A DNA stretch of 64,000 bases from Armatimonadota bacterium (GTDB taxonomy: Bacteria > Armatimonadota > UBA5829 > DTLH01). This document shows positions 49,365 through 59,642 of this stretch, in pieces; positions within the stretch are counted from its first letter, which is position 1, and every line of letters starts with the position of its first letter. Under the pieces are notes generated by a model that saw only the letters and a list, made by a program, of their open reading frames with translations, had not been told where the DNA came from and searched no databases. The position numbers and the translations under genes were made by a program. The DNA lies in NCBI GenBank assembly GCA_038207085.1, contig JBBRAE010000003.1, positions 32,001-96,000 on the forward strand, given 5' to 3'.

Positions 49365-51386
49365 TCACCGCTTCTCAACCAGATCCCACTTGTTACCGGG
49401 CAGAATAGCAAGATCGTAGTGCTTGCCGCGCCACTTGATGTCGGTGATCTCTAGTTTCTTCCAATTCGCAGGCAGGCAGGGCTTGATCGAAAGCCCCGGC
49501 AGGAGCGGGTTGAACCCCTCCGGCGCGCGCCCGACCCTGATCCCGCCGAAGCCGTAGACGACGCTCTGGATCGTCCCCGCGCAGCCGGTAAGAAAACAGG
49601 CATTGTCGTAGGTGAGCGAGCGCTTTTCGTTGAATATCAGCATCGGCCCGCGCATAAACGGCTTGTAGCTGTCCTCGAAGTGCTTGTAGGCCTCATCAGG
49701 GCGACCAAGTTCGGCTGCGATAATCGCGTGGATAGAAGAAGTCATCGCCGGGCCACGCGGGTCGGTCGTCTTCTTGTAAAAGTCGAATGTGTTCTTCTTG
49801 ACCTGATCGGACATTGGGTAGACGAGCGGGTAGATCAAAAGCTCGGTGTCGGCCTGCTTGGTTTTGCCGCCTTTGTAGCCGTCGTAGGCTGTGAATCGCT
49901 TGGCTTGGGCGTCGAATGGGATGTACATCTTCTTGGCGATGTCGTCCCACTTCGAGGGATAGCTCACCCCCAGTTTCTTTGCCGTTTCGATCGCAAGCTC
50001 GATGTTTCGCTTGGCTGCGGCGTTGGTGTAGACGCTGTTGTCGACTATTCCAGCGTTCTCGTCGGGTGGAACTATGTCTAATATTTCGTAACGATCTTTT
50101 ACTTTGTTATACTTGACTCGGGAGGCCCAGTATTCGGCGGTATTCTTGAGAATGAGATCGGCGTCAGGACCGAACATGGAGTGCGCGGCGATACCTACGT
50201 CGGCAGTTATGTGGCGTTCTTCCGCGTATGGAGGCGGCGCGGTTTCTTTGCCGGTCTGCGCGCTTTCCCAAGCGAACTCGGTTCCCAGCAGTCCCCGTTT
50301 CTTGGCGTTTTTAGCCGCCCCAAACATTGTTTTCAAACGATACTTGACGATACCCTGAGCGAGGTTGGGATGCTGAAGAAGCAGGGCGGGGAACATCCAA
50401 GTGTCGGCATCCCAGAAGATATGCCCGCGCCAGGGGCCGCCGGTCGAGAGGCCCATCGGGGAGATGCTCTGCCCGGCGCTTGCGCTTGAGAGCATGTAGA
50501 ACTGCATCGCGTGGATCGCCTGCTGGGCCGCGGGGTCGCCGTCAATTACGATGTCGGACTTCCAGGTGTCGCGCCACGCCTGCTTGTGGGCTGCGAAAAC
50601 CTTGTCGTAGCCGATTTCCCATGCGTCGAGGTTGGCATCTTTCGACTTCAATACCTCTGCATACATGCTGACAGATATATACCGGGTGATGAAAACGCTC
50701 TGCCCTCGCTTGGCCTGCACCGAGTCTTTCACATTGTGACCGTCCGTGTCTACGGTTGTCGACGTGATAAACACGGGTCCCTGGTGAGGTATAGGCTTGA
50801 TGATGATTTTGCCGTTTCGAGCCGGAGCGAGATTATACCGGATTACGGCAACATCGCCCAGCGCGTGGAGCTTCGCCGCCGCATCGGTGGGAAGTATGAA
50901 GACCGTCACGTTACCCGCAAGCCTCTGCCTACCCGACTTAAGTGTAAGCTCAGTTTGGACGTATCCCTCGCGCATGTTGAGCGTCTGGCGGTACGGCGCA
51001 TTGGTGTCTAGCGCAAAGCGGTTGCCGTTCTCGTCAAAGAGCGGGAAATCGCTCCAGTTGGGGAGAGGCTGGGTCTCTTCGCCCTTCCAAAGGCCGGACA
51101 TCAGGCACTCAGTCGGCTGGCCGTTGAATGATCCGACACCTTCGGGGCCGATTCTTGCGCCGATGTGGCCGTTGCCGATGTAGGTGCCGTAAAGCGTGCC
51201 GTCGAGCGTCTTTTCTTTGCTCTCGGCAAACGCGGGTTGGCCGACGAGCGCGTATGGGTCGTTGGTCTGGAGGTTCCAGGGGTCGAGCGTCTTCACAGGA
51301 AGCTTCGGCGCGGGATGCGGCATAAGGGCAAAGACGGCGATGGCCAGAATCGCAATAGTTGCGGCGGTTACGGATATACGCTTCAC
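49365..51386 (-). CDS. Glycoside hydrolase family 65 (trehalase/glucosidase-like), secreted or membrane-anchored
   Basis: YIGNGHIG, GHIFWDADTW, PPDE, KQAD, FLTGCAG; N-terminal hydrophobic segment. Confidence 0.88.
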   Translation of the reverse strand: MKRISVTAATIAILAIAVFALMPHPAPKLPVKTLDPWNLQTNDPYALVGQPAFAESKEKTLDGTLYGTYIGNGHIGARIGPEGVGSFNGQPTECLMSGLWKGEETQPLPNWSDFPLFDENGNRFALDTNAPYRQTLNMREGYVQTELTLKSGRQRLAGNVTVFILPTDAAAKLHALGDVAVIRYNLAPARNGKIIIKPIPHQGPVFITSTTVDTDGHNVKDSVQAKRGQSVFITRYISVSMYAEVLKSKDANLDAWEIGYDKVFAAHKQAWRDTWKSDIVIDGDPAAQQAIHAMQFYMLSSASAGQSISPMGLSTGGPWRGHIFWDADTWMFPALLLQHPNLAQGIVKYRLKTMFGAAKNAKKRGLLGTEFAWESAQTGKETAPPPYAEERHITADVGIAAHSMFGPDADLILKNTAEYWASRVKYNKVKDRYEILDIVPPDENAGIVDNSVYTNAAAKRNIELAIETAKKLGVSYPSKWDDIAKKMYIPFDAQAKRFTAYDGYKGGKTKQADTELLIYPLVYPMSDQVKKNTFDFYKKTTDPRGPAMTSSIHAIIAAELGRPDEAYKHFEDSYKPFMRGPMLIFNEKRSLTYDNACFLTGCAGTIQSVVYGFGGIRVGRAPEGFNPLLPGLSIKPCLPANWKKLEITDIKWRGKHYDLAILPGNKWDLVEKR

Positions 51387-52132
51387 TTTTTCCTCGCTAC
51401 AAAGAATACCCGGTCACTTCTGCGGGTTGGCTGCTTGAATTTATACGCATGAAACCGCTCAACTGTTTCGAACCCGGCGTCCCAGAGCATCCCGTCGAGT
51501 TCGGCAAGTGTGTAGCCCTTCTGCACGTGCGTCTCGTGGAACTGCCGACGCTCACCGTCATCTTCGACTTCAAAGACCATCTTTACAGTGCAGATACGGG
51601 TCGCGTGGTCGTAGCTCGATGTCCAGACGTATTTGGGGTAGCTCGCGAGGTTGGTCTGGTTGAAAAAACCGTGCGCAAGGGCGTATTCGGTGTTCACATC
51701 GAAGATGAATAGCCCGCCCTGTTTTACGTGCTCCCCCACTCTCTTGACGGCGCGCCTCAGTTGATCCTCGTCGGTGATGTAGTTCAGGCTGTCAAAAAGG
51801 CTTATCGCGAGGTCGAACTGGCGGCCGAGGTCCATTTCGGCGGCGTCGGAGACGTGGTATTCCACGTCGCTTTCGGTGCAAAGCGCCTTCTTTTTCGCGA
51901 CCTCGATCATGTCCGGCGCGATGTCGACCCCGGTGACATCAAAGCCACGCGCCGCGAGAATCTCGGACACGCTCCCCGTCCCGCAGGCGACATCAAGCAC
52001 AGTCCTCGGGGCATAATCAAGCCGACGCAGGATCTCATCGATGTAATTGGTCCAAAGCAGGTAAGGGACACCAGCCATCAGGGCATCGTAGTACGCTGCA
52101 ACATTCGTGAATTGCTCGGGTTGTTCACTCAT
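51383..52132 (-). CDS. Class I SAM-dependent methyltransferase
   Basis: VLDVACGTG, GVDIAPDMI, FDSLNY, GGLFIFDVNT. Confidence 0.9.
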   Translation of the reverse strand: MSEQPEQFTNVAAYYDALMAGVPYLLWTNYIDEILRRLDYAPRTVLDVACGTGSVSEILAARGFDVTGVDIAPDMIEVAKKKALCTESDVEYHVSDAAEMDLGRQFDLAISLFDSLNYITDEDQLRRAVKRVGEHVKQGGLFIFDVNTEYALAHGFFNQTNLASYPKYVWTSSYDHATRICTVKMVFEVEDDGERRQFHETHVQKGYTLAELDGMLWDAGFETVERFHAYKFKQPTRRSDRVFFVARKK

Positions 52133-52275
52133 AACAATGTATTTTAGGACAGATGAGCGGAAATTGGAAGAGGGAGGGGAAATGCAAAATGCAAAATTGG
52201 GGGCTGTCGAGGGTTGGGAGATGGTGGTCGCTCACCCTTCGACGGGGCTCAGGGTGGCGGTTTCTCCTGTCGTAC

Positions 52276-52436
52276 GTTGGCCCGGATTTGAAATCCGGGG
52301 CCTGTTGGCAAGAGAGGGATCTGTGATCCCGTTATTTCGACTGTGCCCAATCAACCGGCATCACAGATGCCTATTCGGGCCAGACGTCCCGGATTGCAAA
52401 TCCGGACGAACGATAGATGCAAATCCGGACGAACAA
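52276..52436. mobile_element. Family B MITE/REPIN-like element, copy 2 (inverted), with a tandem duplication of one end
   Basis: Reverse complement of 31785-31922; TGCAAATCCGGACGAAC occurs twice (52395-52411 and 52418-52434). Confidence 0.75.
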
Positions 52437-52513
52437 GATGGAAACCTATCTCTCGACAAGAGGTACGGCCAATCGCCCTCCACCAATCCCATCAATTTGC
52501 ATTTTGCACTGCC

Positions 52514-54448
52514 CTAATCAAGCGAATTCTTCGCCATCGCGAGTCCTCGTCGGGCTACGTCGTTGTCGGGGTGGCACACTAGCACGCTGTTCCACTCTTT
52601 GGCAGCCTCTCGGGATCGGCCCTGGCAGATGTAGGCGACGGCCAGGCCGTTTCGGGCGCGGGCGAGGGTTGGGTCTATCGAAAGCGCCTTTTTGAAGTTG
52701 CGCTCGGCGTCTGGGTACATTTTGGCTTTCAGTTCGGTATCACCAAGCGACAGGTGAGCGAAGCTATAGCGTTCGGGAATCTCGCGCTCGATTTCGCCGC
52801 CACGAAGGGGCATGCTGTAGATGTCACGAATAACGTATTGCTTCCAAAAGTCCTCGTTTACGCGGGCCAGCGCGGACAGATTGATCTTTTCGTCCTTTGG
52901 CACAAGACGGGTGACGAGCCCCCAGGGGACAAGCTGGTAGTCGCGGGTCAGGCGCTTCAGCATGGGATGGGTCTTTTCGTCGAGGCCCATGCACGTGATG
53001 AAGACCGGACGCTCTTTGCTGACTGCGTCGATCACGTCACAGAGGAACGTCTCATCGCGCACGGCTTTCCTGGTGTAGCGTTTGTTTGTCCACAGGAACT
53101 CGCGCATCGCGGGGCTCTGCCTGGTGCACTGCTCGTAGTAGTCCCGCCCTTCCCAAACGCTTGAAGTCTGGGGCCAGGCGCGGGTGATGTTGCGGTGCAG
53201 GACGATGATGTCCGGCCTCGCACCGCCGAGCATTCGCTCGTAGAGCATGGCGTTATAGGACGAGTCGCCGCAGGCGATGAACACGGCGTTTTGATCGATC
53301 GTGCGAAGCACGTTGTCGGCGTGGTCCATGATAAGGGTCGCGCCGCTTTTGTCCATTCGCGGGTATTCGTGGATGATCACCGACGCGACAAGCACCGGCA
53401 TAAGAGCTAAAGCGACTTTACGGAGAACAGGCCACCTGGCCTCGGAAAGCACGTAGTCGAAGCCAACTGCAAGCATCACAGAGAGCGCAAGCATCGTCGG
53501 CACGTAGTAGGCTTCGATGTCGTTGATCGCGTAGTTGATGTTGTAGATCACGTTTGGGATGATCATCAAAAGCAGCGCGCCGAGCAGATACGGCTGCCTT
53601 CGGCGAATGACAACACCGCCGATTGGGAGCACCCAAGCGGCGAAAATGGGGAATTCGAGTATCAGAAGGCGCAAGAATCGCAGGAAGTTGTCCTGCACCT
53701 CGTACGCGGGCGAGTGGAACATCAGCATCCGAAACGCGCGCCCGGTGACGTGCGAGACAAACCCCGCGGACTTGTAGATCCCGCCCCAGATCGTCCCCTC
53801 GCTCGCCTGTGCACGAAGCGGCAGGTAGGCGTAGAGACAGAGAGGCAGGACAATGAGCAGGGCGCATCGGCCCAGGAACTTCAGATCACGGATGATGCCC
53901 GGTTCGCGCCGTAGGATCCCGTAGAGCAGGCCCGGCAGCAGCATCGCCGAAGATAGGTGATTCGTCATCGCCAGCCCGGCAGTAAGGGCAAGCAAAGAGA
54001 GCAGCTTTCGGCCGCCGAGCCTGCGCCATCTAAGAAATAGAAACAGCTCGGTTGTGAGAAACAGGGCGCTTAACGAATGGACTTCGGTGCTCGTCGCCAC
54101 GTCCCAAAAGAGCGGGGTTACGGCAAAGAGCAGTGCAGCAAAAATGGCGGTCCAGCGCTTCGCGACCTCGGAGATCCCGAGGAAAAGCATCGATATCGCC
54201 GCCGCTGAGACGATCGCGTTCTGGGCGTTCATTCGCCACGCGACGCTCCCGAGCGGGACGAGAAGCGACCCGAGCTTCCAGAGAAGACAGAACAGCGGAT
54301 ACCCGGTTGGGTGCGCGAGGTGCAGCTTCTCGGCTGCGATCATCAGTTCTCCGCAGTCCATAGTGTAGACGGTCGGGCACATAGTCGCGATGTAGAGCGC
54401 GGCAACGGCAACGAACATCAGGACGGCGATTACTTTTCGGCTAGGCAT
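52514..54448 (-). CDS. DUF2723/TMEM260-like GT-C glycosyltransferase with a C-terminal TPR
   Basis: TMDCGEL, AHPTGYPLF, ATSTEVHSL, LYAYLPLRA; TPR AERNFKKALSIDP. Confidence 0.8.
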   Translation of the reverse strand: MPSRKVIAVLMFVAVAALYIATMCPTVYTMDCGELMIAAEKLHLAHPTGYPLFCLLWKLGSLLVPLGSVAWRMNAQNAIVSAAAISMLFLGISEVAKRWTAIFAALLFAVTPLFWDVATSTEVHSLSALFLTTELFLFLRWRRLGGRKLLSLLALTAGLAMTNHLSSAMLLPGLLYGILRREPGIIRDLKFLGRCALLIVLPLCLYAYLPLRAQASEGTIWGGIYKSAGFVSHVTGRAFRMLMFHSPAYEVQDNFLRFLRLLILEFPIFAAWVLPIGGVVIRRRQPYLLGALLLMIIPNVIYNINYAINDIEAYYVPTMLALSVMLAVGFDYVLSEARWPVLRKVALALMPVLVASVIIHEYPRMDKSGATLIMDHADNVLRTIDQNAVFIACGDSSYNAMLYERMLGGARPDIIVLHRNITRAWPQTSSVWEGRDYYEQCTRQSPAMREFLWTNKRYTRKAVRDETFLCDVIDAVSKERPVFITCMGLDEKTHPMLKRLTRDYQLVPWGLVTRLVPKDEKINLSALARVNEDFWKQYVIRDIYSMPLRGGEIEREIPERYSFAHLSLGDTELKAKMYPDAERNFKKALSIDPTLARARNGLAVAYICQGRSREAAKEWNSVLVCHPDNDVARRGLAMAKNSLD

Positions 54449-54554
54449 TGAGTTGTCCTCTCGAATTGAAATTCCATCCTAGATTATCGGCGGAATGCGG
54501 CTGTTTTCCCAGGTAATAATGCGGGCATCTGACCCGTCTAAGGTATTTGGCAGG

Positions 54555-54636
54555 CTAACCCGCATTATTCACGAGAATCGCGAATAATGCTCTCTTAGCA
54601 AGAGCTTTATTCGTGAAGCGAATAAAGCGGGCTAAC
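54555..54636. repeat. Family D repeat, double-hairpin copy
   Basis: Starts with the same CTAACCCGCATTATTCACGAG as 46006. Confidence 0.7.
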
Positions 54637-54707
54637 AGCTATTTGCTAACGGGAAAAAGCTCTCCCGTGCTATAATTGATATGGACTGAGCATTAGAAAG
54701 GCGAATT

Positions 54708-56369
54708 TTGGTCGCAAAATTACTCATCGCAGGAGCGATTGTATTGACACTTTTTTCTATGCCGGCGCTTGCCGGAAAGTATTCTAACGCGGTGGCCGCC
54801 GCGGGCAGTTTGCAGGGAAGGGTCCTCTGGTGTGATGCTGAGGCGAACTTGTTTGCGCTCGACTCGCGCGAGAAGGTCGTGGGGCTTGTGCAGAACTGCA
54901 GGGACGCCAGGATCACGACGCTTGTCGTCGATGTGAAACCGCTCTGCGGGCTCGTGCTCTATAACAGCAAAATCGCGCCAAAGCTTAGGGAATGGAAGGG
55001 CAAACCCTACCCTGCCGACTATGACCTGCTCACCACTATGGTCGAAGAGGGCAAAAAGGCCGGGATCGAAGTCTACGCGGCGATCAACGTCTTTTCCGAA
55101 GGGCAGCTCGATGTCCCCGGCGGACCTGCATACGCGCACCCGGACTGGCAGTGCGTCAAATATGAGGTCGACCGCTGGGCGCACGGCGTCACGGCTGATA
55201 CCTACCCGATCGACGGCGCGAACACCAAAGCCAAACCAGGCAAGATCATACTTGTCACCAAACCTGATTCGCTGCCAAAGGTCACCCCATATGATGCGCT
55301 CGCGGTCGCCGTCGACTCGACAAACAAGGTGACAGCGGTCGCCGAAGGGATTGCGGCAAGTGGGATTACACTCCCGCAGGGAGGATACGCGCTCATCGCA
55401 AGCGGACCCGCAGGTGACTGGCTGAGAAAGAACGCGGGGGTTGGCTCGCCGATGACTGTTGAGGGTAAGCCTCTGTTCATCCCGGTCGGAAGGTCTGCCG
55501 ATATGCACCTTGCGGTCTTTGTAAACCCCACAAACCCAGAGGTGCGCGACTATGAGATGTCGATCGTAAGAGAGATTATTTCAAACTACGATGTCGCCGG
55601 TATAGTGTTTGACCGAATGCGCTACCCGGGCATGTATGCGGACTTCGGCGAGCTTACACGAGCTAAATTTGAGGCGTGGGCAGGCGAGAAGATCGAGCGC
55701 TTCCCTGAGGACGTGATGACGCTTAGCCCAATGCCTGATGGAAGCTTCACCCAGGGAAAGCACTTCCCTAAGTGGATGGAGTTTCGGGCCAAACAGATAC
55801 ATGACTTTGTTGATGACGCGAGAAAGCTCGTAAGAACGGTCAAACCGGACGCGAAAGTCGCGGCGTATGTTGGATCGTGGTATAACTCCTACTTCGACGT
55901 TGGGGTCAACTGGGCGAGCCCATCGCACAAGCCGCCATACCGGTGGGCGTTGCCGAGCTACCAATCGACCGGCTACGCTGACCTGATGGACTGGCTCTGC
56001 ACCGGATGCTACTACGAATATGCGACCCGCGAGGAAGCGCAAGCGGCGGGAGCAAGTGAGGGGGCATCGGTCGAGGCGGCAGGGCAGGAGTCGAGCCAGG
56101 TAATATCGGACGACACCTGGGTCTACGCAAGCCTTTACGTGCTTCAGTATAAAGGGCAGCCGGAGGCGTTCAAGAGGGCAATTGAGGCCTGTAACTCGTC
56201 AACCCAGGGGGTTATGCTCTTTGACCTCTGCTACATCAGGGATTACAACTGGTGGGACCTCCTCAAGCAGACGTTTGGCGATACCACCAAGGCCCCGCAC
56301 CAGATACCGGGGCTCTCTGGCAAGGTCAAAGACATCAAGCATACTATCGAGGAAAGCTGCAGACTTTGA
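54708..56369 (+). CDS. Secreted GHL10/DUF187-like glycoside hydrolase with an inserted domain
   Basis: Signal peptide; VVDVKP, YDLL, FVNPTNPEVRDY, YDVAGIVFDRMRY; upstream extended -10 TGcTATAAT at 54668-54676. Confidence 0.75.
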   Translation: MVAKLLIAGAIVLTLFSMPALAGKYSNAVAAAGSLQGRVLWCDAEANLFALDSREKVVGLVQNCRDARITTLVVDVKPLCGLVLYNSKIAPKLREWKGKPYPADYDLLTTMVEEGKKAGIEVYAAINVFSEGQLDVPGGPAYAHPDWQCVKYEVDRWAHGVTADTYPIDGANTKAKPGKIILVTKPDSLPKVTPYDALAVAVDSTNKVTAVAEGIAASGITLPQGGYALIASGPAGDWLRKNAGVGSPMTVEGKPLFIPVGRSADMHLAVFVNPTNPEVRDYEMSIVREIISNYDVAGIVFDRMRYPGMYADFGELTRAKFEAWAGEKIERFPEDVMTLSPMPDGSFTQGKHFPKWMEFRAKQIHDFVDDARKLVRTVKPDAKVAAYVGSWYNSYFDVGVNWASPSHKPPYRWALPSYQSTGYADLMDWLCTGCYYEYATREEAQAAGASEGASVEAAGQESSQVISDDTWVYASLYVLQYKGQPEAFKRAIEACNSSTQGVMLFDLCYIRDYNWWDLLKQTFGDTTKAPHQIPGLSGKVKDIKHTIEESCRL

Positions 56370-57730
56370 TGCGTCAAGTAATAGCGGCGGTCGCGATTGT
56401 TCTCTCTCTTGCGACCGCCGCACTGTGTACCACTGTTCAAGATTCTCGTGAAATCTTTCGCCTCAGAGTGGAGAACTCAGCGGGCGGGCGCGTGCAGGTG
56501 TCCATTGACTCAGGTGTCACCTACAAGACCGTCGGCGCGGTCAGTCGCCCAGCGAGTAGAACTATGAAGGGGTTTGCGGCGTCTTCTTATACACCGAACA
56601 GAACAGTCGCGGCAACTGCGGTGCATGGGATCAGGGTCAAGACCTGCACCCGAAACGGCGACCCGATGACCATAAGCCTTGTCTCATCGGAGTTTGTGAC
56701 GATCCCCGAAGGTTACGGCGGCTACATTGCCTACGACTCCGGGATATACACCGACATCCCCACCGGCACGAGCATATTTAGAAACTTTGCACCGTTTGTC
56801 GGAAACCCGGCACGGCTTGAGGTCGGCGGCAAACTCGTAGATTTCCCACAGAACTGGCAGCCGAAGTCGGGCGATGTGATCGTTATCACGGCGATGCTCC
56901 CCAAGCCCTATCTCAAGCAAGTGATCTTTGAGAACCATGTCGGTGGGGCGATAACGGCGACCTACGACGACGGCACGGAGAAAGCGATCGGCAAGGTTTT
57001 GACCAGGCTCGAAGGGGTCGGCAGGTTCGATGCGACTAGCTACACAGGCGAGGGGCTGATCAACACGAACCACGGCGGGGTTATCACGGTGTCGACTGCG
57101 GCGATCGCTGAGACGAATCTGCTTGAAGGGGCCGGTTACGAGCGGCGTGGCGGGTTCCAAATACAGCCCTCCGAGCATTTCAAGACACAGATTCCGATGC
57201 CTCAGACTATGGCGGTCGCGCCGATTATGGGAGAACACCACTTCGAAGGCTGGACACCGCTCTTTTCGGGCTACATCGGGCTTGCTTTTGACCCGAAGAA
57301 CCCAGACAACTCGATGCGAGCGGAGATGGGGTTTGCCGACGGCTCATGGCAGCCGATGCCCGACGTCCTCGGCAAAGAAGACGACATCTTCCGCCGCCTG
57401 CGGGTCACGCGAATCCGTCTGCTTTTCCCTCGCTACAGTGCCGAACGGCTCGCGGAAAGCCTGGAAAACGCCGCCGCCCGGCCACGCGGCAGGACGGTCA
57501 AGGGCTTTGTGAAGTTGCAACCCGGCACATCGGTCGACGCCGGAGCGATGGTGCTGTTCATTATCGACGGACAGGTCAAAGGGATCACCAATCAATCGCC
57601 CTACAGGCTGGTGTGGAACACGAGCGATGTGTCAAACGGCCAGCACGAGGTCGAGATCAGGATCAACGACAGCTTCGGGACGACTATACGCTCGGAAAAA
57701 CGGCGAATTGTCGTTTGGAACCCGAACTAA
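56369..57730 (+). CDS. Secreted hypothetical protein with an internally duplicated domain and a C-terminal Ig-like (Big_7-like) domain
   Basis: ATG overlaps the upstream TGA; repeats ENSAGGRV and ENHVGGAI; C-terminal PYRLVWNTSDVSNGQHEV. Confidence 0.75.
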   Translation: MRQVIAAVAIVLSLATAALCTTVQDSREIFRLRVENSAGGRVQVSIDSGVTYKTVGAVSRPASRTMKGFAASSYTPNRTVAATAVHGIRVKTCTRNGDPMTISLVSSEFVTIPEGYGGYIAYDSGIYTDIPTGTSIFRNFAPFVGNPARLEVGGKLVDFPQNWQPKSGDVIVITAMLPKPYLKQVIFENHVGGAITATYDDGTEKAIGKVLTRLEGVGRFDATSYTGEGLINTNHGGVITVSTAAIAETNLLEGAGYERRGGFQIQPSEHFKTQIPMPQTMAVAPIMGEHHFEGWTPLFSGYIGLAFDPKNPDNSMRAEMGFADGSWQPMPDVLGKEDDIFRRLRVTRIRLLFPRYSAERLAESLENAAARPRGRTVKGFVKLQPGTSVDAGAMVLFIIDGQVKGITNQSPYRLVWNTSDVSNGQHEVEIRINDSFGTTIRSEKRRIVVWNPN

Positions 57731-57849
57731 TAGTCTCACCTCGGAGTGATACGAAGTATTCTGTCGTCACCCGAGCGCAGTGCGTGGCGCTGATGTGCGC
57801 TCCTGGCAACCGGCAATCGATATCGCCAAGAGCGCAACAATCGCCGAGA

Positions 57850-58158
57850 TCAGGAGCCGAAGAGCGTCAGAACAAATACGAGCTCTTCGCTCGCCGAAAG
57901 CTGATGTTCCAAGCCGGATGGCATGAAGAACCAGTCCCCGGCCTTCACGTGATGCCAAGTCTCCCCGAGCTCGAAATCCGCTTCGCCCTGCAGTATCAAC
58001 ACCGCCGCGTCTCTTGTCGAAGTGTGCTTTGATAGCTTCTCACCCTTTGGAAGCATAAATATGTCAACCTCGCCGGACGGCTTCTCGACGATGGTCTTAC
58101 TCAGTATTCCCTGTTTGGGGAACTCAATCATCTCATACAGGTTCTTAATCTCGGACAT
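57850..58158 (-). CDS. Cupin domain protein
   Basis: LSKHTS...ILQGEA...AGDWFFMP...H; GGAGG RBS. Confidence 0.85.
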   Translation of the reverse strand: MSEIKNLYEMIEFPKQGILSKTIVEKPSGEVDIFMLPKGEKLSKHTSTRDAAVLILQGEADFELGETWHHVKAGDWFFMPSGLEHQLSASEELVFVLTLFGS

Positions 58159-58255
58159 TGTAATTCATCCTCCACAATTATTGTTGAGATATTATACCCA
58201 GCAGGCAGGCATTCACTCAAAAAAGTGGGTATTATATTGTAGCTGTTTGCAATTA

Positions 58256-58304
58256 CCCCTCATCCCAGCCTTCTCCCTCAAGGGGAGAGGGTTAGGGTGA
58301 GGGG
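58256..58304. repeat. REP-like palindrome family A, copy 2
   Basis: CCCCTCATCCCAGCCTTCTCCCTCAAGGGGAGAGGGTTAGGGTGAGGGG. Confidence 0.8.
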
Positions 58305-58367
58305 TGTTACTCGTCTCTACTACATCAACTTGAACTCTGTGGCTCAGGAAAAGGATGACCGGCTCGG

Positions 58368-59630
58368 ATGATATTGCAGTATGTTAGAAACACGATGACC
58401 ACCGCTCGAAGCTCGGAGTTCCTTCGGTATCTTGGGCCGGGGTTTCTGGTTACGGTCGGGTTTATTGACCCAGGCAACTGGGCGACGAACATCGAGGGCG
58501 GGTCCAGGTTCGGCTACAGCCTGCTCTGGGTGATCGCGCTTTCTACGCTTATGCTGATTCTCTTGCAGAACATGTCGGCGAGGATCGGCATTGTCTCGGG
58601 GCAGTCGCTTGCGGTAAATATCAGACGGAATATGTCGCGTCCGGTTTCGGGGTTTCTTGGAGTCACGATATTCCTCGCATGCGCGGCGACAGACGTTGCG
58701 GAGTATCTGGGGGCGGCGCTCGGGTTTTACCTGCTCTTTGGGATACCGGTGATCATCGGCGCTATTCTCACGCTGGTGATCGTCGTGATCGCGATCCTTG
58801 CGCAGCGCTACGAGCACCTTGAGCGGATGATCGTGGTCTTTCTTGCAGGGATAGCTCTTGCCTATTTGATTGAGATGTTCATCGTGGGACCGGATATGGG
58901 GGCGACGGCGCTTGGGATGATCACCCCCAAAGTCAGCTCCGACAGCATCCTTGTGGCGATGGCTATGCTTGGCGCAGTAGTTATGCCACACAACATCTAC
59001 CTGCACTCAAACGTCATCCAAAGCCGGGAATGGAGCGGCGACCCGGAGCGGCGGCGCAAGCTTATGAAGTTCGAGCTTGCCGACACCACGCTTGCGATGC
59101 TGATGGGCTGGGCCGTAAACAGCGCGATGATCATCGTCGCCGCTGCTGTGTTCTTCAAGCACGGGGTGAAGGTCACTAGCATCGACCAGGCTTCAGAGAC
59201 GCTCCGACCACTTGCAGGTACGCTTGCAAGCGCGCTGTTTGGGTTCGCGCTGCTCCTCTCGGGGCTCGGCTCGTCGATCACGTCGTCGCTGTCTGAAGCA
59301 AACGTGGTGACGGGGTTTCTCGGCAAGCCGGAGGACCCGCACAGCTGGTTCTACAGAGTCGGGCTGATCGTGACCAGCATCCCGACGGTGATTGTCATAG
59401 CACTGAACACCGACACCTACCGGATGCTGATCTTGTCACAGGTGGTGCTCAGCATCCAGTTGCCGTTTACGGTGATCCCACTGCTCCTTATTGCCCGCAA
59501 CAGGCGCGTTATGGGCGAATACGCGAGCAAGGGAGTCGAGTGGGCGCTTGGTATCGTCGTCGCGGTGATAGTCATCGTCCTCAACATACTCTTGATCTAC
59601 CGGACTTTCGGTGGAAAGTTCAGCTTCTAA
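58368..59630 (+). CDS. mntH: Nramp divalent metal (Mn2+) transporter
   Basis: GFIDPGNWATN, GAVVMPHNIYLHS, SQVVLSIQLPF; start may be a few codons downstream. Confidence 0.93.
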   Translation: MILQYVRNTMTTARSSEFLRYLGPGFLVTVGFIDPGNWATNIEGGSRFGYSLLWVIALSTLMLILLQNMSARIGIVSGQSLAVNIRRNMSRPVSGFLGVTIFLACAATDVAEYLGAALGFYLLFGIPVIIGAILTLVIVVIAILAQRYEHLERMIVVFLAGIALAYLIEMFIVGPDMGATALGMITPKVSSDSILVAMAMLGAVVMPHNIYLHSNVIQSREWSGDPERRRKLMKFELADTTLAMLMGWAVNSAMIIVAAAVFFKHGVKVTSIDQASETLRPLAGTLASALFGFALLLSGLGSSITSSLSEANVVTGFLGKPEDPHSWFYRVGLIVTSIPTVIVIALNTDTYRMLILSQVVLSIQLPFTVIPLLLIARNRRVMGEYASKGVEWALGIVVAVIVIVLNILLIYRTFGGKFSF

Positions 59631-59642
59631 AGGAGGCCGCAA

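Noticed and set aside
58200..58367. Possible yybP-ykoY manganese riboswitch upstream of mntH (AAGGGGAG seen)
   Set aside because: The AAGGGGAG lies inside a family A REP palindrome, and I could not see the other conserved riboswitch elements
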